64,000 nt of DNA from an uncultured Gammaproteobacteria bacterium (GTDB lineage Bacteria > Patescibacteriota > Patescibacteriia > SG8-24 > DYFX01), in assembly GCA_964404275.1 (NCBI GenBank), contig CAYOJH010000005.1:4471-68470 (forward strand). The letters are read 5' to 3'. This document shows positions 62,776 through 64,000 of this stretch, piece after piece. Positions within the stretch are counted from its first letter, which is position 1, and every line of letters starts with the position of its first letter. The translations under genes were made by a program, and so were the position numbers. The notes beneath the pieces were generated by a model. It saw only the letters and a program-made list of their open reading frames with translations. It did no database searches and was not told where the DNA came from.

Positions 62776-64000
62776 TCAATGCACAATCATTTTGCTGCAA
62801 TCCTTAGGCATCCAGCAGGAAGCCCAGCCGTCCGTGCGTTTGACCATGCAATCATTGATGCACGTACATTGACCGGCATCGCAGAGATCGCGCTGATGAT
62901 AGTATTCGCTGTCGCTCAAATCACCGGACTCAAGCGCGTCGAGACAGGCCGTGTAAGGCGCGTAACACGGGTTGGTGCAGTCGTCGGGTATCTTCGTAAA
63001 ATTACTGCAGTCGACTTGCGGCGCGGGCGCGGGTTCCGGCGCGGGCGCCGCGGGAACGACCGTCATGACGGAGTTCTCGCATACGGAGATGCCGGCCGTA
63101 TCGACGACGCAGACGCCGAAGGTGAACGTTCCGGACCCGCTCGGAGTCCCCGACAGCAAGCCGTTCGTATCGAGAATCAACCCGTGCGGCGGGAACCCGA
63201 CGCCGGTGGCGAGCTGAAAATGATAGGGCGGCAATCCATCGCTCCCGCTGTATTGCGCGCTGAAGGAGGTGCCGGCGAGCGCCGTCAGCTGCTTGTAGTA
63301 GTTGAGGACCAGCGGTTTGGTCGCCACGCCGTTCGACGGGATCGTTTTCAGTTTCGGTTTCGGCGCGGTCGGATTCGCCGGCGGCGAGGCCGGACTTGCC
63401 GGCGGCGTCTGAACAGCCGCTGGTTTTTCTTCAGGCAGCTTTTTCTGCTCCGCGTCGTTCTTGAGGGTCTGGTGCGATTCGGCCGGCTTCTTGGAGAGCG
63501 CCTTGAACAGGTCGGGAATGCTGAGCTTCCGCGCGTCCGGTTTGGCCGCTTCTTCTTTCGCGGCGGCGATCTTCTTGTCCAGATCGTCGAAGTTGGTCCT
63601 GAGCGCGGCAGGGACGCCGAGCTTCTCTTCCTGATCCATGACCTGTTTCTTGATCGCTTCGGCCCTGTTCCCGGCAGCGATGACTTCTTGGTCGGGAAGC
63701 AGCTTGAGGGTCGCCACGAACCGGTCCCACAGCGTCTGCGCGGTCGCCGCCGAACGCGCGGCGACATCCAGCTCCTGCAGATACGCTTGCTGCGCGTCCT
63801 TCAGCTGCGCGAGGAGGTCGGTGGTCTTCGCGTCGTCGCCGGCGGCGTGGGCCTCCACGAGATCCTGGCGCAGCTTGGCCAGCCGATCCTCCATGGTGCG
63901 CCTGATCGTGCCGTTCAAATCGACGTACGCCGTCGGTACTTGCCGAAGGACGGCCGGATCATCGCCAGGCTTTGCCCGCGAGGCGATCAGTTCCCATTCG
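62776..64000 (-). CDS. Partial (N-terminus outside window) protein with coiled-coil, Pro-rich linker, putative Ig-like domain and 12-Cys C-terminal module
   Basis: Reading frame stays open to window edge beyond track TTG start; GLPPYHFQLATGVGFPPHGLILDTNGLLSGTPSGSGTFTF resembles putative Ig domain; C-terminus CSNFTKIPDDCTNPCYAPYTACLD...CDAGQCTCINDCMVKR. Confidence 0.5.
   Translation of the reverse strand, partial: EWELIASRAKPGDDPAVLRQVPTAYVDLNGTIRRTMEDRLAKLRQDLVEAHAAGDDAKTTDLLAQLKDAQQAYLQELDVAARSAATAQTLWDRFVATLKLLPDQEVIAAGNRAEAIKKQVMDQEEKLGVPAALRTNFDDLDKKIAAAKEEAAKPDARKLSIPDLFKALSKKPAESHQTLKNDAEQKKLPEEKPAAVQTPPASPASPPANPTAPKPKLKTIPSNGVATKPLVLNYYKQLTALAGTSFSAQYSGSDGLPPYHFQLATGVGFPPHGLILDTNGLLSGTPSGSGTFTFGVCVVDTAGISVCENSVMTVVPAAPAPEPAPAPQVDCSNFTKIPDDCTNPCYAPYTACLDALESGDLSDSEYYHQRDLCDAGQCTCINDCMVKRTDGWASCWMPKDCSKMIVH

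Noticed and set aside
1-64000. CRISPR arrays, rRNA/tRNA genes, transposases, integrases, phage genes
   Set aside because: No direct-repeat/spacer periodicity and no tRNA-like cloverleaf other than tmRNA were seen. No transposase or recombinase-like protein is in any frame. The only repeats are the short REP-like hairpins.

Overview
This is a gene-dense, high-GC (roughly 65-70%) bacterial chromosomal window. The species is unknown. The SUF system of SufU/SufT type, the one-piece tmRNA, several apparently leaderless mRNAs and the many lipoproteins suggest a monoderm-like high-GC lineage, but this is not proven. Promoters fit TTGACA-N16/17-TAnnnT, and ribosome-binding sites where present are AAGGAG/GGAGG. 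Many adjacent genes overlap by 4 nt (ATGA). The first ~35 kb is a cell-envelope glycan and surface-protein region. A ~9 kb minus-strand operon (12076 to 2812) runs from a CDP-alcohol phosphatidyltransferase through a GT-C (GT39-like) transferase, a HIT protein, rmlB, an rmlD-like reductase, a WxcM/FdtA-like cupin, a long-form sugar-1-phosphate nucleotidyltransferase and two HAD hydrolases. A second minus-strand operon (19699 to 14216) carries a UDP-xylose-synthase-like enzyme, a DPM1-like polyprenyl-phosphate glycosyltransferase, DUF2304, a GT2 and two GT4 enzymes. Next come a secreted subtilase and a 1237-aa Thr/Ser/Gly-rich S-layer-like giant protein that share a ~120-aa module. Immediately upstream of the giant protein is an ECF sigma / DUF5667 anti-sigma pair. 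A plus-strand operon follows (HTH protein, secreted polysaccharide-hydrolase-like FG-GAP protein, CARDB-like membrane protein). After it come a Wzy/Wzz-type locus with two more GT4 genes, three Cys-rich lipoproteins (one with a triple ~95-aa repeat), a collagen-like GXY-repeat secreted protein and an HtrA-like protease. The housekeeping part of the window contains murA, smpB and ssrA (tmRNA with an unusually long Ala/Phe-rich tag frame), cspA, a complete rrf2-sufB-sufD-sufS-sufU-sufC-sufT cluster, udk, a leaderless infC followed by rpmI and rplT, and hbd. The suf cluster is punctuated by GNRA-loop REP-like hairpin doublets and carries a 38-nt palindrome inserted in frame into sufS. There is no CRISPR array, rRNA, tRNA or obvious mobile element. 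All identifications rest on reading the translated ORFs and motifs by eye, because no searches could be run. Many very long ORFs antisense to these genes (Ala/Arg/Gly-rich) are treated as high-GC artifacts.
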